NCBI RefSeq assembly: GCF_035084215.1
Contig: NC_090342.1
Location: forward strand, 41,230,001 to 41,294,000
From: Heptranchias perlo
Lineage: Eukaryota
Direction: 5' to 3'
DNA: 64,000 nt
The notes under the pieces were generated by a model. That model searched no databases. It was not told where the DNA came from and worked only from the letters and a program-made list of their open reading frames with translations. The position numbers and the translations under genes are program-made. Position 1 is the stretch's first letter. Every line of letters starts with the position of its first letter. Below are positions 52,104 through 64,000 of the stretch, piece after piece.

Positions 52104-53320
52104 CTGCACAGGGTAAAAAAAAATGGATTGTTACAACTGAAATTTTGGCCCAGTTATATTCAACATTAAATAGAAAATGAAAGGTCATACTCGACATTAA
52201 TTTTCTTTCTCTTTCAGATATCGATAAATCCTGTTGTGTATTTCTCGTATTTTCTATTTTTAATTTCAGATATCCACTCATGTTTTATCATTTTGTTTTT
52301 ATATCTAGCACTATATTACTACAGAACAGGTAGGAATCAATACAGCAGCTTGTCCAAGATATGAGCTCCCTTTCCAACAACAATGACATTACTGCGAGTT
52401 CAGTGAAATTCCTTCTGAGAAGAAATTAGTAACACCAACTTTACTATTTTATATCATGAGGTTGGGCTGCAAAGTAATGTAACAATGCCATCCAAGAAGG
52501 TGCTTAAGGATGTTTCTCATCAAGTTTTATGGTGTAAATGCACCAGAACATAAATAAAAATTAAAAGCAATTTTCAAAATACTTGGGAAACTTTTTTTTA
52601 GTCCCCATTGATTTACTGTACAGTAGTAAAACAAATTCAGACATCATGCTGGAGATAAGTCAGAACCCTGCCCATTCCTCTTCCCCCACCCCCACTTCCC
52701 CCTTCAACCTCCTCCTCACCCCCCCCCCCCATAAAAAAAGCTGTGAAGTCATAGTCTATTTATGTATTAGCAGCAAACTAGGGGCAGAAGGCAATGCAAG
52801 AGTTCCTCTTTAATGTTGTAGCAAAATCATTCACCCATTCCCATTCTTTATAATGGAGTTTTTTAATTTTGTTACATTTAGCCACAGAGAAAATCTTTTC
52901 CACTATTTTTGTTTCTCAACAGAGAACTGAAGGTACCAAAATGTTTAACACCAATACATTGACATTTGGACAGGTACGGTTACTTTTATATATTGAATCC
53001 TATACAGACAACACCTAAAAGGGAGGTAAGAGGAGAGTTACGATTATCCTGGAGACTTTCTTAGCCATATACCTAGTAAGTACATTTATACCAAAGGATT
53101 TAGTTCAATGTACACATATCTTAAATGTGCAGATATCAATAAATTTAAATGGTAATAAATGTTGTCTATTTTTCTTTCAAGTATAGAAATCAGCTAATAA
53201 ACTTTGCTTACAGCTTAATCCAAGTACACACAGTACATTTAAATAATCCATTATTAATTCCAAGCTAGATTTTAAAAAGTTTTAATCAACAAGACCAAAA
53301 ATGTGAGGAACTGTACTTAC

Positions 53321-53462
53321 CTATCACCACTTTGCACACCCATGGGAATACAATAGTTGAGTTCCAGCCTAGCGATGTTTCCCAGTCTCAGTACAATCCC
53401 GGCCCCATAGGACCATCGAATACATTCTGCCAGCTTCTGCAGGTGTGCATTGGGACCATCGC
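53321..53462 (-). CDS. SAMM50: SAMM50 coding exon ~14
   Basis: ttttgcag|GC GAT GGT...GAT AG|gtaagt; 142 nt; (G)[46 protein letters not shown](R). Confidence 0.96.
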
Positions 53463-53972
53463 CTGCAAAATTGATCAAAAATGTTTGTGTAGACATGAAA
53501 CAAACAGCATTTTCAGTTAAATTTTTTCAAAACATTGCTATCACTTTACAACATAAAAATGTGATTTTTCAATAACTTGGTACTGTTAAATGTAATTCAT
53601 ACATAGCTTCATCCTAGAGGAAATATCATGCCCTTGGAAGCCACTGCCATAAGTTAAAATGTTTATTTTGGGGGGGGGGGGGGGGGGGGGCGGAGGGGAG
53701 GAAAGCGAGAAATCTAAATGATGAGCAATGTGCCTCAAAGCAAACTACTGTATTCAAACCTAATTCCTGCTCGTCGATGTTTTAAATACAAATCAGAATA
53801 TGACTGATGTGTAATCTTTACCCGGAAGGACAGGGGACTACATTCCAGTATAATGAATTTTGTAAGTATTACTTATTTTTGCGATGCCAGGGAGCTTTCT
53901 TCTGCCAGCAAACAGAAACGACTAAACATTTATAAGAATAAAGTCTATTGCTTTATGTCACGTATATATAAG

Positions 53973-54048
53973 CCATGATGTGGAGATGCCGGTGATGGAC
54001 TGGGGTTGACAAATGTAAAGAATCTTACAACACCAGGTTATAGTCCAA
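53973..54048 (-). mobile_element. 76-bp terminal fragment of the same Penelope-like family with 11-bp TSD
   Basis: catgatgtggagatgccggtgatggactggggttgac...tatagtccaa matches 45051-45121; flanked by GTATATATAAG at 53962-53972 and 54049-54059. Confidence 0.78.
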
Positions 54049-54172
54049 GTATATATAAGGAACAGGGTGAATCAGTTGCTTGGCATTTCAGCTAATCCAT
54101 GTTGTATGAATCCCTACTAAAAAAAAACTTAAAAAGGAGCAGTCACCCATAGGACAAGTGTATCGGCCATAC

Positions 54173-54319
54173 CATAGTTGAGGTTACAAAGGTTGCCAGC
54201 ATTCAAAAAGAAGTGTGTTCTGAAAAGGTCTCCAAATCCTCCTTGGCCTGGACGGAAAGGCAGAGGTGTGTACAAGTGCAAACCTCCAGCCCAGTATGCT
54301 TCACCACCAAGGTAGTCCC
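54173..54319 (-). CDS. SAMM50: SAMM50 coding exon ~13
   Basis: Within ORF 54129..54356; gcaag|GG GAC TAC...TAT G|gtatg; 147 nt; [49 protein letters not shown]. Confidence 0.96.
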
Positions 54320-54534
54320 CTTGCACATTGGAGAAAGAGAAAGAACCAAGCCTCATTATATGATATACATTCTACACAATTAAACTCAAAACTTATTCAG
54401 CTTCTGAATTTTTACAATTGTCACGGATATTCATATAAACCTGGATTTTTTTTCTAAATATAAAAAGTACAAACACAAATCTAGAAGTATCACTTGTGAT
54501 CGAGAAGATCCGCGGGTAATACCAGCCTTGAGAC

Positions 54535-57500
54535 TATTTACATCGAGTCTACAGCACAGACATAGGCCATTTGGCCTAACTAGTCTATGTCAGTGTTTAC
54601 GCTCCTCACAAGCCTCCTCCCACACTACTTCATCAAACCTGATCAGCATACCCTTCTATTCCTTTCTCCCTCATGTCCTTATCTATCTTCCCCCTAAATG
54701 CATCTATGCTAGTCGCCTCAACTACTCCTTGTGGTAGCGAGTTCCACATTCTAACAGCTCTCTGGGTACTGAAGTTTCTCCTGACTTCCCTATTGGATCT
54801 ATTATTGACTATCTTATATTTATGACTTCTAGTTTTGAACTCCCCCACAAGTGGAAACATTTTCTCTATGTCTACCCTTTCATTATCTTAAAAGACTCTA
54901 TCTGGTCAAAGCGGATGACTTCACATTTTCCCACATTATATTCCATCTGCCAAATGTTTGCCCATTCGCTTAACCTGTCAATATCCCTTTGCAGGCACTT
55001 TGTGTCCTCCTCGCAACTTGCTTTTCCACCTATCTTTGTATCATCAGCAAATTTGGCCACAAGACACTGTTCCTTCATCCAAGTCATTGATATATATTGT
55101 AAATAGTTGAGGCCCCAGCACCGATTCCTGAGGCACCCCACTAGTTACAGATTGTCATTTTCAAAATGCCCCTTTTATCCTGACTCTGTTTTCTATTCGT
55201 TAACCAATGCTCTATCCATGCCAGTATAATACCCCCAACACCTCAGAATAAGGGGTCGCCCGTTTAAGATGGAAATGAGGAGGAATTTCTTCTCCCAGAG
55301 GGTCGTGAATCTTTGGAATTCTTTACCCCAAAAAGCTGTGGAGGCTGAGTCATTGAATACATTCAAGGCTGAGTTAGACAAATTTTTGATCAGCAAGGGA
55401 GTCAAAGAATATGGGGAAAGGGCAGGAAAGTGGAGTTGAGGTAAAAATCAGATCAGCCATGATCTCATTAAATAACGGAGCAGGCTCGAGGGGCCGAATG
55501 GCCTACTCTTGCTCCTATTTCTTATGCTCTCATGGTCATCCCTCAGTCTTCTCTTTTCCAGAGAAAAGAGCCCCAGCCTGTTCAGCCTTTCTTGATAAGT
55601 ATATCCTCTCAGTTCTGGTATCATCCCTGTGAATCTCTTTTGCACCCTCTCCAATGCCTCTATATCCTTTTTATAATATGGAGACTAGAACTGTGCACAG
55701 TACTCCAAGTGTGGTCTAACCAAGGAAAACATGTTGAATATAACCTCTCTGCTCATCAATTCTATGCCTCTGGAAATGAACCCCAGTGCTTGGTTTGCCT
55801 TTTTAATGGCCTTTAACTTGCATTGCTACATTTGGTGATGTGTATCAATACCCCAAGATCCCTTTGCTCCTCTACCCCATTTAGATTATTTCAATTTTAC
55901 CCGTAGCTCTTTATTCATCTATGCTGTTTCATTATTGGCTAGTTTGTTCTTGCTTTTTAGGAGGAATATATTTCCCTAGTTCCATTGTCATCCTCTCAAT
56001 TAGCTTTGTTTCCAATCCATTACTTTGGCCTTTGTCTTACTTATGTCTTTATCAATCATTTTTTTAAAACCTTATTATGTTATGATCACTATTGCCTAGA
56101 TGTTCCCTTACACTTATCTGCTCTGGTTCATTTCCCATTACTAGATCCAGCAGTGATTCTTCTCTTGTTGGGCTTCTCACATACTGGGTAAGAGTCCTAT
56201 ACAAACTGTAAAAACTCCATTTCCCTCTCCCTAACTCTTGCCAGTTTATTTGAGGGTAGTTGAAATCTCCCATGATTATTATTCAATGTTTTTTTTTAAA
56301 CTCAGTTCATAATTTGTCTATATATTTCTTCCTCCACTTCCCTTCCACTATTAGGTGGTCTGTAGAATATGCCTATTAACATGATCAATCCCTTCTTATC
56401 CATTGTCTCAATCCATACTAATTCTGTTTCTATCCTTCTGTTAGTTATGTCCCTTTCTTTTACTAGTGTTGTCTATAATTAGTACAGCTACCCACCCCCC
56501 CACCTTCCCTATCCTTTCTAAATACATTATATCCTGCAAGATTTAACTGCCAATCCTGTTCTTTGTCACCATGTTTCAGTTATTCCTACTACATCTGGCT
56601 CCTCTCTACGAATTATTGGCTCCAGTTACCCCATTTTGTTTCAGATGCTGTACAGGCAATTTAATGTTTTTAATAATTGTTCCCCTCACTTTATTTTTAA
56701 CTGTCATTTTGTACTTATCTTCTATAACTGTATTTGTTACCCTTATTCCTTACCTTGGTCTGACCTTTACTCTCATCTCCTATTTCTTTTATCTTCAGAC
56801 TTGTTATTTTTAAACCAGATCTGTCCAACCGTTTTACTACTTTAAAGTCCTATCCACAGCCCTATTTATCCTTTCCGCTTGGACACTGGTCCCATTCCAG
56901 TTCAAGTGGAGCCTGTCCCAGTGGTACAGCTCCTTCCTGTCCCAGTGTCCCATGAAATGGAATCTCTCCTTCCCAAACCACGCTTTCACCTTCTAGATCT
57001 GTCTATCCCTATGCCAATTAGCACATAGCTTGGGTAGTAATCCCAAGATTACCACCCGTTAGGAACTAAACAAACAGGACGGAACTTCTGATATTCTTTT
57101 AGCAGGACCTCCTCCCTTTTCTTCCGTGTCACTGTTCCCAACATGGACCATGATAACTGGATCTTTCCCCTCCCTCTCCAGATGCTCGGAGATACCCTTA
57201 ACCCTTGCTTCAGGTAGGCGACACACCCTCCTGGACTCAATAGCAGTAGACACTATCTATCTCCCTAATTATCGAATCCCCTATGACTACAACCTTTCTA
57301 TTCTGTTCCTCCCACCCACTTGGACTGCGTCCTGCTCCACGGTGCCATGGTTAGCATTCTGACTGTCGACCCCGCAGCCTACATCCTTTTCCTCACAGGA
57401 TTGCAAATACATTGCACCTGTTGGATAGGACCAGAATCTGCAGGATATCCTTCCCTACCTCTCCTTATCCTGCTGACCAACAGTCACACTATTCCCTTTC

Positions 57501-58080
57501 TGTACCTGTGCTTTCCTGAGGTGTGACCGTACTTCCTCCCCCAGGTGTTGAGTGTCTCTAACTCGCACACCAGCCGATTTCCTGCAGATGTGGCAATCTG
57601 GGACAGTCTCACTGTCCACAAACTCCCACATATCACAGTCCCAACACATAACTTGCACTGCCACTTATAGTTTTTATTTATAGTAACTTAAATCTAGATA
57701 TACTACAATTACTTGAGATCTAGATTGTATTTAGTAGATGGATTTAGCTTAATTTCAGATTAATTTGTAATTAATTAGTCTTGTTTTTTTTTCTTTATTA
57801 ACTTCTTTATTTTAGTATCCTGTTAACTCCTAATATTTATGTATACCAGCCTTTCATTTAATGCAATTCCGATTCCTTTAATGTTGGTATCCCCTATTTT
57901 TAGTTAATTTTAGCCCCTTAGATCTAATTAATCACTGATTGTTTATTTATTTACTTATTTACTGTTGCCACTTGGTTTAATCACTTAGCGCTTGCTTCCC
58001 ACTCACTAAATTCCCATTGTCACTCTGATTAGCAGGTCACTGTGTTTAGCAGATTCACCCAACTTTCACCAAGCTCTGTA
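54535..58080 (-). mobile_element. Long, internally deleted CR1 (5' UTR, ORF1 zinc finger and esterase, APE, 3' end) with a nested insertion
   Basis: ORF 57455..57664 MAVQVMCWDCDMWEF...HICRK; 57059 VHVG.SD; 56064 MGDFNYP.INW...SDHN; 54633 TRSHKYK...WNSLP. Confidence 0.82.
54909..55532. mobile_element. 5'-inverted CR1 insertion (minus RT fragment plus plus-strand 3' end)
   Basis: 54909-55240 encodes KFADD on -, 55243-55532 is a 3' tail on +; TGGTCA direct repeat at 54903-54908 and 55533-55538; host CR1 resumes across it. Confidence 0.7.
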
Positions 58081-58081
58081 C

Positions 58082-61000
58082 TTTGACCACAGAGATGGAG
58101 TGGTAGTATTGCTTGGTGGTTAAACCAAATTTGGCAGTGAACAGCCAGACTGATCATATGCCACACGTGTTCCAGTCAGTGGGTCACAGATTTCAATAGT
58201 TAGCACGGATTTCAAAAGGGAAGGTAATGCTTGATCAACCTTATTGAATTCTTTGAAGAATTAACAGAAAGGGTAGACATGCAGTAGATGTAATAAGAAT
58301 ACAAGAAATAGGAGCAGGATTAGGCCATATGACCCCTCAAGCCTGCTCCGCCATTTAATAAGATCATGGCTGTTCTTCCACCTCAAATTTACTTTCCCGC
58401 CCTATCCCCATATCCCTCGATTCCCTGAGTGCCCACAAATCTAATCGATCTTTCAGTCTTGAATATACTCAACGACTGAGCAGCCACAGTCCTCTGGGGT
58501 ACAGAAATCCAAAGATTCACAACCCTCTGAGTTTTTCCTCATCTCGGTCCTAAATGGCCGACCCCCAATATATTTGGATTTTCAAAAGACCTTCAATAAG
58601 CTACCGCATACTAGACTCATGACTAAGGTTAGAGCATGTGGAGTCAGGGAACATGTAGCAAGCTGGCTACAAAACAAAAAACAGGGAGTAGGGGTTAAAT
58701 GTAGTTACTCAGACTGGCAAAAGGTGGGTAGTGGTGTTCCACAGGGGTCGGTGCTGAGACCACCATTGTTCACTATTTACAGAAACAATTTGGACTCGGG
58801 AATCGGAAGTACAATTTCAATATTTAGGGACGACACCAAATTAGGGGGTATAGTTAATACTGAGGAGGACTGCGACAAAATACAAGAAGACATGAATAAA
58901 CTTGCAGAATGGGCGTGTAATTGGCAAATGAATTTCAATATAGATAAGTATGAGGTGGCACATTTTGGTAGGGAGAACAAGGAGGTCACATAATCCTTGG
59001 AAATTAAGAGTCTAAATGGGGCAGAGTAGAGGAATCTAGGGGTACAGATACTCAAATCAAAAAGTAGTGACGCAGGTTAAAAAGGCCATTAAAAAAAAGC
59101 AAACAAAGCACTGGGGTTCATTTCTAGAGGGATCGAATTGAAAAGCAGAGAAGTTATGCTAAACTTGTATAGAACCTTGGTTAGGCCACACTTGGGAGTA
59201 CTGTGAACAGTTCTGGTCTCCATATTATAAAAAGGATATAGAGACACTGAAGGTGCAAAAAAGATTTACTATGATGATACCAGAACTGAGAGGTTATACC
59301 TATTAGAAAAGACTGAACATGCTTCTTTACCCAGAGAACTCACTACCATAAGGAGTTGTTGAGGCAACTAGCATAGATGTGTTTATCTAACTTCCCTTTA
59401 AATGCATGAGGAAGAAAGGAATAAAAGGATATGTTGATGGGGTTAGATGAAGAAGAGTGGGAGGAGGCTTGTGTGGAGCATAAACACTGGCATGGACCTG
59501 TTTCTGTACTGTACATTCTAAGTAATACACCACTTTTTTTTCAATTTAATTATTTTTAAATGAAAAATCTATTCAGAATTTTAGTTGGTGATGGATGTCT
59601 CCTAATTGGAGTCACTGTCTTCTTGAGCATAAAAAGATTAAGAGCAGAGTCGCTGAAAAATGAGTATCATTAAAGGCAGAAATACCAATGGTTCATCAAC
59701 CCTGCCTAAGGCCTTCCAAGAGATGCTAAGACATCAAGGGTAAAGTGGGAAATGCAATGATTATTGAAAAATACTAAAAAAATATTTTGCTCTTATTTTC
59801 AATGCAAAACTGTATAGAATACCAACTCCCAGGTTAGTCAGTAGATACTTTTAATTAACAAAGTTCTCTTTTTAAACCTAGAAAAAAAGTATCCCGATTG
59901 TAATACTTCAGTTACGCAGACAGTTGACATGATCTTTATTTGAGATGGCAGCATTTGGGTGCACATAAGCACCTGAAATGCCTGTGTAACAGTGGTGACC
60001 GCACTTCGTAGTGATTCATGACACGTGAAGCACTTTGAGACATTTCCGAGAGACGTAATAAGGCGCAATGTAAAATACAAATCTTTTTTTTTCAAAATAT
60101 ACCTTGCATTTTTTTTTCTCTAAGGGACATATTGATGTGCTACGGAAAATAATTGTGACCCCTGACTCTCAGTGTGAGGCATTAACCCCTCTCTTCTGCT
60201 AAGGCCCCCCTCCCCCCCAAATAAATTCCACACACAACCACACCACTGATTTCCTTTGCATCAGGTGAAATAGTGTACAATACAGTTTCTTATACTGCAG
60301 TCATTATGTTAAGGAATTTCATTACTTTATCTGGTGGTGTTGACAGCAGGTTTGCTGAATTAAAAATATCAGTTTAAAAGAGAGAAATTACAAGCAAAAG
60401 TGCTCTTGCTACTCTCACAGACTAAATATTTTCAGTATGAATGACCAAATAGACCACAGCTGTATTTTCTCAGCTGATGTTTCTCGGTAAGTTTAAAAAG
60501 AGAATTTTTGTAGAAGTACAAAATGAGTTTGTTCCATGACTGAAAAAGGAAGTGATTCTGCAAGTCTGAGTAGATACAAGCCTTTCCAGCTAGGTTAATG
60601 TTGTACATACACACTAGGATGGAGATCACAATTGGTTGAGCAACCCATCAGTACTGCCCTCCAGCAAGATTTAGCTATGCACCCCACCCTTATTATTAGC
60701 GTCTGTTATAACATGTTAATGTTGAACCCTTCCACATCCAATCATAATGAAATACTGAATATTAAGTTCTGCTTTTGTTTTTTGCTTATTTGTTAGTGAA
60801 ACAAAAAAACAGTATCAAACCTCATCGTTTTCATTTACAAAATTGCTAGATGGTTAATAATTGCTATTTAACCAGAAACTAAATTGCAAGCTAGTATTTG
60901 AAGTGTGTCTGAATGTAGCTTTGTGCTAAATAAACTGAAAAGTGCTCAAAAATAAATGTTTAGATGAAAACACAAAATTGGAAATTCCAAAAATGGTGAA

Positions 61001-61287
61001 TAACCCAGTTGTACTGAATTAATTAAAAACTGTAGGCTTTATTCACAAGTTGAAGTTTTCAATATGGCAGCTGTGAAGTAAATTGATTGCTCCCATTTTC
61101 TACATTGACTTCCTTATTTTTAACCTCCCAGTTCTAACTAAAGTCTACTCTGCTCCACACTCAGCTTTTCCCGCATCCTCAGTAACCTTTTCAACTCTGA
61201 ACTAAGTTCAAAATCCTCTAACCTATCCATCACCAAGACTGCTTACTTCCACCGCAACAGCACCTACCCCTGCTCTTACCTCACCTC
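58082..61287. repeat. Inverted segmental duplication, arm B (SAMM50 intron 12), interrupted by CR1 sequence
   Basis: For example 60635-60666 gttgagcaacccatcagtactgccctccagca is the reverse complement of ~43990-44021; collinear over ~1.7 kb. Confidence 0.88.
58200..59522 (+). mobile_element. Decayed CR1 RT fragment with nested minus-strand 3' tail (~58275-58566)
   Basis: ORF 58574..58993 DFQKTF.K.PH...SGVPQGSVL.P.LF. Confidence 0.85.
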
Positions 61288-62286
61288 TATTTATTAATGT
61301 CTTCTTGCATTTTGATGCATTCTTCCTTTGTATTTGCCGTACAATCTTCCAAAAGCATTTTCAACATATTGTATCACTGGTCTGAGAGTAACTATTTCAT
61401 TCTATGGGCATTACTAATATTTCACACGGTTTTTAAATCACCATCACATATTTTTTTTCCCTAAATGGGCTCAAAAATACTTGTTTTTATTCTGAATTCC
61501 AATAAGACCAGTCACCTTCTGGACCTCCCACTGGCCTATTTGTTTTCCCCTGGACAACTTTTCTGACTATAACAAAGTAGAGACAATCTAATGAAAGTGT
61601 TCACAACAGATCGATTATATTTCTTGATAATTTTTGACAGTTTTACTTCAGAAAAAGTTTATCTTTTTTCACTTTGCTGGTGGTGGATTTGAGATGCATC
61701 AATGACTAGTACTAACAACACTATCTTTGCATGAAGTCACATACATGATAGATATTTAAAAAATTCAATTGTATTTTATTACTTTTTGGAACAATAATAA
61801 TTATTTCTGTTGGCTTTCCCTGAATTCTTTCTCTCCTCCTTGAAGATAGTGACATATTTTGCAAGCAGTTTCACTGACAGCCCTCCAATACTTCACTGAA
61901 ATGCCTTAAGTACATAACTGCAGGGGCATCACAGCTGAGCCCAATCCTGACCATAAACTAACAATGACAAATGCTCAGTCTCCAGCAAGGAATAGGCACT
62001 TTGGCTGATATTTTCCCCCTTCACTCTAGCTCAGGGTGCTGAAACCAATTGTAGCTACCCCAGTTGGGATTAATTAATTCATTGCAGATCAGAGATTAAA
62101 CCTGCAGACCTTCCTGGTCTGTGTGGCTCAGTACCACACTGGGTGGCTCACCACGCCACTGAACCATTAAGTGAAAAAAAATCAAAGCATAGTTTTGTTT
62201 TCAAACTGCAACAAGGTGGGTAATTAAAACAACGAGACTTTTTGGAATGGGGAGTGTTATGTTAACCTTTAATCACACAATCATAC

Positions 62287-62354
62287 CTTCACTTTGTGGT
62301 CCAATACTATACATGCTGAAGCCACGGACAGTTGTTGGTCCCCCAAGGTAAAAT
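62287..62354 (-). CDS. SAMM50: SAMM50 coding exon ~12
   Basis: attcag|A TTT TAC CTT GGG GGA...GAA G|gtatg; 68 nt; (R)[22 protein letters not shown] contains the Omp85-family VRGF motif; phase matches neighbours. Confidence 0.96.
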
Positions 62355-63199
62355 CTGAATATAAAAATCAATTTGGAAAAGTCAGTAGGTCTATTTAACT
62401 ATCTGATTACAATCCTTCCACATTACTCTTTACACAGATAAAGGAAACATCTGGCAATAGATTACATTGGTCCGAAATATTTTTTTTTCAAAAATTCAGA
62501 TTTAACCTTTCCCGCACTCATTCATTAGCAGAGAGAGGAAAGCAACTCATTCATGTCCTCTGCCAACGCAATTCTATTACTGACCATCTGGAGATTCATG
62601 AGAGCAGCCTATGGCAGAAAAAGCAATTTCCATACTTTTCTTTAGGGAGCTGACTAATCTTCACTCTGTGCCTCAGATGAAAGCCTGCCTGAGGTTGGGA
62701 ATTGTGGCAAACCTACACTGTGTCCCTCTATAGTGCAGTGCATCAGTACACCAATGTATCAGTTCCTAACAGTTGACTTTAGCGAGTAAGCAGAACCACC
62801 TTCTAGTTACTCCAATATTCTACAAATAAAGATGCATCTTTTGCCCCACTGGTTTTTCATTAGTCAATGAGCCAGCATATAAAGTTTTGACTTGCAAGTG
62901 ACCATTACAGCTTATGAATGGTAAGAAGCACTGTTGGCAATTCAAGTTATGATTCATGGGTATTTGTATTCCAGAAGGACAATGAGCAGGAAGAAAATTA
63001 GCTGATACCCAACCCTTGCTGCATCAAGCTCTTTCAGATGAGGCCATGAAATTCCAAACTTCTTAAACAGAAGTGGGTTGGCAACGAAAGCTACAATATG
63101 GTTGACTCTCAATCCAAAAGCTCCACGAAGACAAATGCAGGAACAAAATAAAACAGTTTGTGCTAATTCACACTGCCAGATTAATTACTCCGAGATTTG

Positions 63200-63640
63200 A
63201 GGCCAGACTGATTCCTGGGATGGCAGGACTGTCATATGAGGAGGAATTGGGTGGACTCGGCCTGTATTCACTTGAGTTTAGAAGAATGAAACATAAAATT
63301 CTGATAGGACTAGACAGACTGGATCTTTCCCCTAGCTGGGGGGGGGCTGGGGGGGGGATCCAGAACGAGGGGTCAAACAGTCTCAGGAGACAGGGTAGAA
63401 CATTTAGGACTGAGATGAGGAGAAATTTCAGAGGGTGGTGAACCTGTGGAATTCTCTACTACAGAAGGCTGTGGAGGCCAAGTCACTGAATATATTTAAG
63501 AAGGAGCTAGATAGATTTCTAGACACAAAAGGCATCAAGGGGTATGGGGAGAGAGCAGGAATATGGTATTGAGGTAGATGATCAGCCACGATCATACTGA
63601 ATTGGCCTACACCTGCTCCTATTTTCTGTGTTTCTATGAG
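63200..63640 (+). mobile_element. CR1 3' fragment
   Basis: RLIPGMAGLSYEE.L..LGLYSLEFRRM followed by the family 3' UTR. Confidence 0.82.
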
Positions 63641-63923
63641 ACATTACAGAAGTACTGGGAAATGTTGTTTTTGTGACAATCAAGGTGATAACTGTCTATA
63701 CTGAGGAATGGAACAAGTTTTGACACCCAGCACTCAAGTACTCCCAGATGTGGATAGCAACAAAATTAGATGAAGTGCAAGGCTCCCTTCTACTTTGCCC
63801 AACATGTGCTACAGTCCTAGCCTCTTTAAAAAAAACAAAAAAAAACATTTTGCTGCATTAATACAATATCCGATAATCAGTACACAACTGCACAGATTTA
63901 CTCTGGTTGAAACAAACACTTAC

Positions 63924-63994
63924 CTATCAGCAATAGAGGATGGTTTGTCTCCAATTGGTACGAGAAGGCCACCCCACAGGGAAGCTGAGAGCAC
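63924..63994 (-). CDS. SAMM50: SAMM50 (Sam50, mitochondrial sorting and assembly machinery beta-barrel) coding exon, ~exon 11 by analogy to human
   Basis: Minus strand tgatag|GTG CTC TCA...GCT GAT AG|gtaagt; 71 nt; VLSASLWGGLLVPIGDKPSSIAD(R), recognised from memory as Sam50 C-terminal barrel sequence. Confidence 0.93.
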
Positions 63995-64000
63995 CTATCA

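Noticed and set aside
53670-53690. Poly-G run (also poly-C near 49928-49945) as a functional G-quadruplex
   Set aside because: Simple homopolymers with unreliable length and no supporting evidence
53973-54005. tRNA/tmRNA-like 3' end (reverse complement ...CCGGCATCTCCACA)
   Set aside because: No T-loop, cloverleaf or CCA; it is the terminus of the Penelope-like repeat

Overview
Eukaryotic (vertebrate) genomic DNA. The CR1/L2 LINE, Deu-type SINE and Penelope repeat content suggests a cartilaginous fish such as a shark (inference). Two spliced genes lie head-to-tail on the minus strand. SAMM50 contributes its last five coding exons (63994 to stop at 52058). PARVB (beta-parvin) contributes its first nine coding exons (ATG at 49374 down to 3123) and continues off the left edge. 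All 14 exons have AG/GT boundaries where expected and join in frame. Most of the ORF track is decayed LINE sequence or noise. Most notable non-coding structures: (1) three minimal type-I hammerhead ribozyme motifs in Penelope-like repeats in PARVB intron 1, two of them back-to-back in a 236-bp near-perfect palindrome and two of the three in the sense of the PARVB pre-mRNA, 2.1 kb apart; (2) a ~2.6-kb inverted duplication with one arm in PARVB intron 1 and the other in SAMM50 intron 12, bracketing the SAMM50 3' end and PARVB exon 1; (3) a fold-back inverted duplication, a 5'-inverted CR1 insertion and a 43-bp LINE-derived tandem array; (4) a candidate muscle enhancer, a miRNA-like hairpin and a uORF.
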